Positions 59,715 to 64,000 of a stretch of 64,000 nt of DNA are shown piece after piece. Every line of letters starts with the position of its first letter. Within the stretch, counting starts at the first letter, position 1. The DNA comes from Setoptus koraiensis (lineage: Eukaryota > Animalia > Arthropoda). The notes below the pieces were generated by a model, which was not told the DNA's origin, did no database searches, and worked only from the letters and a program-made list of their open reading frames with translations. A program made the translations under genes and the position numbers. Location: positions 4,774,001-4,838,000 of the forward strand of contig CM106586.1 of NCBI GenBank assembly GCA_048013815.1. The letters are read 5' to 3'.

Positions 59715-61146
59715 CTTCGGCCTCTGTGCACTCCTCGTCCAGAATGAGCGAGTCGCATTTCTGGCAGCGCGGCTTGAACAATTCCACGAAGTGCCTGTGA
59801 CAGTAGAGGCTGGCCACCGAGACCACTTTTGACAGTTGGCCAGTTGTGTGCGATTGTTCCATTGTTGTCTTGTTGTCCTCATTTAGTGTCACCATTGAGC
59901 TGTCATCGGCGCCGCCAGCTGACGCGCTTGTTGCGGTTGTTGTTGTTGTCGTGCAGCCGCTGATTGACATTGGCGCCAAATTGACATAATCGTCCATAAA
60001 TGATTTGATTATGTTGGCGTGATGCTGCTGCTGCTGCTGACTGCCATTGTCTTGCTGTTTGTTGGCCCCGGTCAGCTGTTTGTTGGCCCCGGTCAGCTGT
60101 TTGTTGGCCGCGCTCGGCTGTTTGTGTTGTTGCTCGTCCAGTGACAGCGGTTGCGTCTTGGCGCAACCGGCGCCTATCTGGTTGACGTAAATGAGGGCGC
60201 GCAAATCGACTATTACCTCGTGACAAATGGTGCACGAGAAACACTCCAGGTGAAAGTAGACTAGATCGCTGTTGTTGCCCTTTCGCAGTGGCGCTGCGGT
60301 CGACTGCTGCTGCTGCTGCTGTTGCAATTGTTGTTGCTGCTGTTGTCGCTTTGCAGCCATTTGCTTGCTGGTTGCGTCATTGGTGTCATCGTTCGTGCTC
60401 AATTGTTGCGTAGAATTTGCCGACGAGCAGCGCCTAAATAAGCGCCGACTTTTCGCGCTGATGAACCCGTTGAGAGAGCGGCCCGTGCGCCTCGTCGCCT
60501 CCTCAGATACCTCGTCAGCGTTAGGCGACGACGACCACTGACCGCCTGCCTGACACACACCCGAGCCGCCGGTGCTGCCGCTGTTGGCGCCCGTTGTGTG
60601 TAGGCGCAAAAAATTATCACAAGACAACGATTTACTAGTTACGTAACGGTGCTGACGAATGCCCATGGGCGAGTCGGGCGGCTCGTCCAATCCGCTGCCC
60701 CCGTTACTGCTACTGCCACTGCTGCTGCTGCTACTTCCGCTGCTATTGCTTGTTGCCCTGTCGGTGCCCTGCTCCGACGACGAGTGCCCACTGAGGGTGC
60801 CCATGCCCTCGTCCGAAGACGAGGGCGACGCGGGCGACGGTATCACGGATTCGCTGTGCGCGGCTGCCACTACCACGTGGCCAGTTGCGGGCGCCGCTGT
60901 TGCCGCCGTTATGTCGATGGGGTGCCGCTGGGGCGCGGTTGTGTGACCATTGGTTTTGGCGTCTGTTGAATCCACCAGTTGCTTGGATGATGATTTCACC
61001 GTTAGCAGGCTGCTGGCGCCCTTGCCGGCGCTCTGTTGCTTCACTATGGATTGTTTGCCGGCGCTTTGCAGTCCCAGCATGCGCTCGATGGGCGGCATAT
61101 TGAGCACCCTGACCGCGGCACAGCCCACGGGGATGGTCTGGTGGCA
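59715..61146 (-). CDS. pk: Prickle exon: LIM1 with large insertions and start of LIM2
   Basis: Starts CHQTIPVG after the gcgcAG acceptor; contains YFHLECFSCTICHEVIVDL and LYCHRHFVELFKPRCQKCDSLILDEECTEAE; GTGAGT donor, phase 0/1. Confidence 0.88.
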
Positions 61147-61432
61147 CTGCGCTCGCATTGTTCGCATTGGGCACGTATTTTGGTCGGGTGCGGGTTGAGC
61201 GTCGGTGCGGGTCGGGTTCCGGGTACGCGTCGAGTGTCGGGTGCGCGTCGAGTGTCGAGTGTCGAGTGTCGGGTGCGGGACGGAGGGGAGAGGAAGAAAA
61301 AGTGAGCAGGGATGTGAGAGAGCGTTCGATCGAGTGAGAGATGTGCGCAAATGTTGCATGCCGAACGTGGACGATGAACCCTGTCGCTGTCGGCCGAAAC
61401 GTCAGCGACATCAACCGCGCCAACAGAATCAA

Positions 61433-61492
61433 GTTACGTAATAATCGGATGTGGCAGCGGTTACGTAATAATCGGATGTGGCAGCGGTTACA
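61433..61492. repeat. 27-bp tandem repeat x2, each unit carrying GTTACGTAAT, in pk intron
   Basis: gttacgtaataatcggatgtggcagcg occurs twice. Confidence 0.9.
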
Positions 61493-63033
61493 AGTGGTTG
61501 CAACTTGCATCGAGACTTGCGCTGACTAGGCGTTATCACTGTGCGTCGACTCTGTCTCAACTGGGGCTCAGCACACTGTTAACTGGCTGGCGGTGGCGCC
61601 ACGCTACACAAACATCGGAACCTATTATCTAACATAATAATACTATAACAACATTATATTATAATATGATATTATAGACGGCACACACAATAGATATGAC
61701 GGATATAATCACAATAATAATAGACGGATAGACGGATGGCGAGATGGCGCGCATGATGTGTCATGGCCGCGATGTCCGACTCGCTCTGGCGACTGTCAGG
61801 CGCTACAATTATCGCATCTGCTCGCCAATGTCGATGCCACTCGTCATCTCGGCCGTCCGTTCGGCTGTCCGTCGGGCCGTCTGTTCGGCCGTCCGTCGGG
61901 CCGTCTGTTCGGCCGTCCGCTGGGCCGTCGGGCCGGCGAGCGTTCCGTTCGGGTTCATGTCTGACCCACTGGGCACTGGGCACGTAATGGATCAGAGGCA
62001 GAAAAGAATGGCGCCACCGATCAATGGTGCGCTTGCTATCGAGCGGTCGCTCGCTGACAGCCGACTGAGCGGGCCGGCCCGGCCCATGGCCGCTCCAAAT
62101 TTCGGGCTCATGGCCGCTCCAAACTTCGGGCTCATAGCCGCTCCGAATTTCGCAGTGCAGAGTTGGCTCGGGACGAGCGGACAGCGACCAAAAGCGGACA
62201 GCGCGCCGCGTCGAATCTCGCCAATCAGAGTGACCTGTCGTTAAATTAATGATTGTCGCAATGATTCATCATCGCTGCGTCGCATGCTGCCGTGTTGTGA
62301 CAATCGACGATTGACACAACAATGATGCTGCTCAGACAAATTGTCAGTCATCGAGCCACTCGAGACTCTCGAGTCGAGAGAGCCAGCGTCAGCCAGACAG
62401 AGCGGCTAATGAGCGATTTTCTAACTAAAGCGCTTGTAATGAGCGATTTAGTTAGTTTGGCCGAGCTAATGGGCAGCAGCGCGCAGGCGAGTTGCGCACA
62501 GGTGAGCCGCGCACGACAGGTGAGTGCGAGCGACAGGTGAGTGCGAGCGAGATGTCATTGGACTGGCAAGCGGCCAGCCAGCGCTTGTTAGCGTTTAGTG
62601 GGTAAAGTTTAGTTTTGGCATGCCGAGCGACAATAAAACTGGGAAGGTCGCGGCGGAGTCATGCCAGCTCGCACTTGCTATTGAGCTGCCGCTGAACTGC
62701 GCTCAAATGTCAGATAATGTATCGGATCGAGTGACCATTAGCATAACAAGTTGGCCAGTGGGCGCCATTAGCGACACCGGCGCCCATAACAGGCTTGATT
62801 TATTTGATGCGTCTGGCGGCTAATTGTGCCATTAGCATTGATTGATATCGAGGCCGCTCGCAAGCTGCCGGCCAGCGGCCGCTGCCAGGATATTCGGCTA
62901 TTCGGATATTCACCTGTCGGTGGCTGCGCTCGGGCACGCCGGACAGGTGAATATCCGAATGGCCGGACATGGCCCGATATTCAGCTGTGCGACGTGCGCG
63001 ATAATTTCGGGCCGACATCTCACGGCATCGGTT

Positions 63034-63137
63034 GGCACAGGTAAAGATGATGGGCACAGGTAAAGACGATGGGCACGGGTAAAGACGATGGGCACGGGTA
63101 AAGACGATGGGCACGGGTAAAGACGGTGGGCACAGGT
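63034..63137. repeat. 19-bp tandem repeat x5 (GGCACRGGTAAAGAYGATG) in pk intron
   Basis: Units start at 63034, 63053, 63072, 63091 and 63110. Confidence 0.93.
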
Positions 63138-63189
63138 GGCCAAGAGCGGCCAAAAGTGACCGAAAAAAGGCCAAAGCGGCCAAACTCAC

Positions 63190-63632
63190 CTTGAAGCAGC
63201 GCACGGCGCTGGCGGCGGCATCCAATTTGCCGCTGCTGAGATTGTGTTGCGATTTTGAGCGTTTGCCTGTCGCCTGAGCGGCCTGTTTCTGGCCACTTGT
63301 TGACTTGATTATTGTTGACACTGGGTGGTGCGTTGTTGTCGCTGTCAGCGATAATTGGCAGCGCAAATTCAGCGAGGCCAACAGGCCTGAGGAGCGCGAA
63401 TCCGCGGGCCGCTGCCGCTCGCCCGTCACGTAGTGCAGCTGGGCCTTCAGTTGGGAGGCCCGCTTCTTTTGTGACCTGATGAATTTGATCTCTTGCTTGG
63501 TTGTGTTGAGGTTGCCCGTCGGGTTGGCCATCGCTTGGCCGGCCGCGGTTAATTTCGAGCAAAAATTGTCCAACATTTGCGCGTCCTGCTGCGGCACCTG
63601 ATACTTGAGCTGCTGCTGGCGCCAATGGGTAC
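63190..63632 (-). CDS. pk: Prickle exon: PET domain C-terminal half to first Cys of LIM1 (upstream exons outside window)
   Basis: GTHWRQQQLKYQVPQQD resembles the PET motif G..xRxxQLxxQLPxHD. Acceptor tgacAG, donor AAG/GTGAGT; RCFK joins CHQ to form the C-x2-C of LIM1. Confidence 0.78.
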
Positions 63633-64000
63633 CTGTCATGATGTAAGAGGGGCGAGTCACTCGATTAGTTTCGGGTTGTTTGCTTTCGGGTTGCTTGCTT
63701 TCAGGTTGCTTGGTTGCTTGGTTGCGTCATTATCGGTATTTTCGGTGGTTCGCCGGTGCAGTTTCGTTACTGTTTCGCTGTTTCGTTGCGATTGTTTCGC
63801 TGCGATTGTTTCGCTGCGGCGGCGCTTGGTTGTTTTGTGCGCCGGTCGGTGGTGGCGCTCTCGCCGGAGTCGGTCGGTGCAGTGCGCGACCGGCCGACGA
63901 CAGGTTGCCGCTGTTATTGGCCCGTTGGCCGGTGTGCGGCTGTCAGCGGTCGGCGCCGACCGCTCTGCGCATCGACGCCGAGCTCCGAGCATCGTCCGGG

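Noticed and set aside
55360-61510. Long overlapping ORFs (poly-Cys, poly-Leu, poly-Val and others) across prickle
   Set aside because: Shadow frames of GC-rich CAG/CAA-repeat coding sequence.

Overview
Eukaryotic genomic DNA from an arthropod; an acariform mite is my inference from the Eag and Prickle sequences, TCAGTT initiators and an intronless TOR. Five genes are supported. (1) An ether-a-go-go (eag/KCNH1-type) K+ channel on +, with nine traceable coding exons from 25753 to 41408. Its conserved first exon (PAS-cap) is not in the window, so 1-25.7 kb is probably a very large, repeat-rich intron 1 or upstream region. (2,3) A tandem pair of intronless orphan genes encoding signal-peptide proteins (42239-43729 with a C-terminal TM helix; 44436 onward, cut by a 500-N gap). 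(4) An intronless 2698-aa TOR kinase (46315-54411). (5) A prickle gene on - (PET + 3 LIM + CaaX; exons 63632-63190, 61146-59715, 59025-55097; 5' end outside the window). Most notable points: two in-frame phase-1/1 candidate cassette exons that would insert 324 aa into the Eag PAS domain; zinc fingers of Prickle LIM1 and LIM2 split by 50-280 aa insertions; TOR almost lacking its kinase regulatory loop; mosaic evolution of the orphan pair; strong enrichment of PAR-bZIP D-box sites with a tandem E-box/D-box module upstream of eag; a non-coding GGGCCC motif; and a pre-miRNA-like hairpin in an eag intron. No tRNA, rRNA, CRISPR array or intact transposon was recognised. Motif counts are manual, and comparisons with reference proteins are from memory and need alignment.
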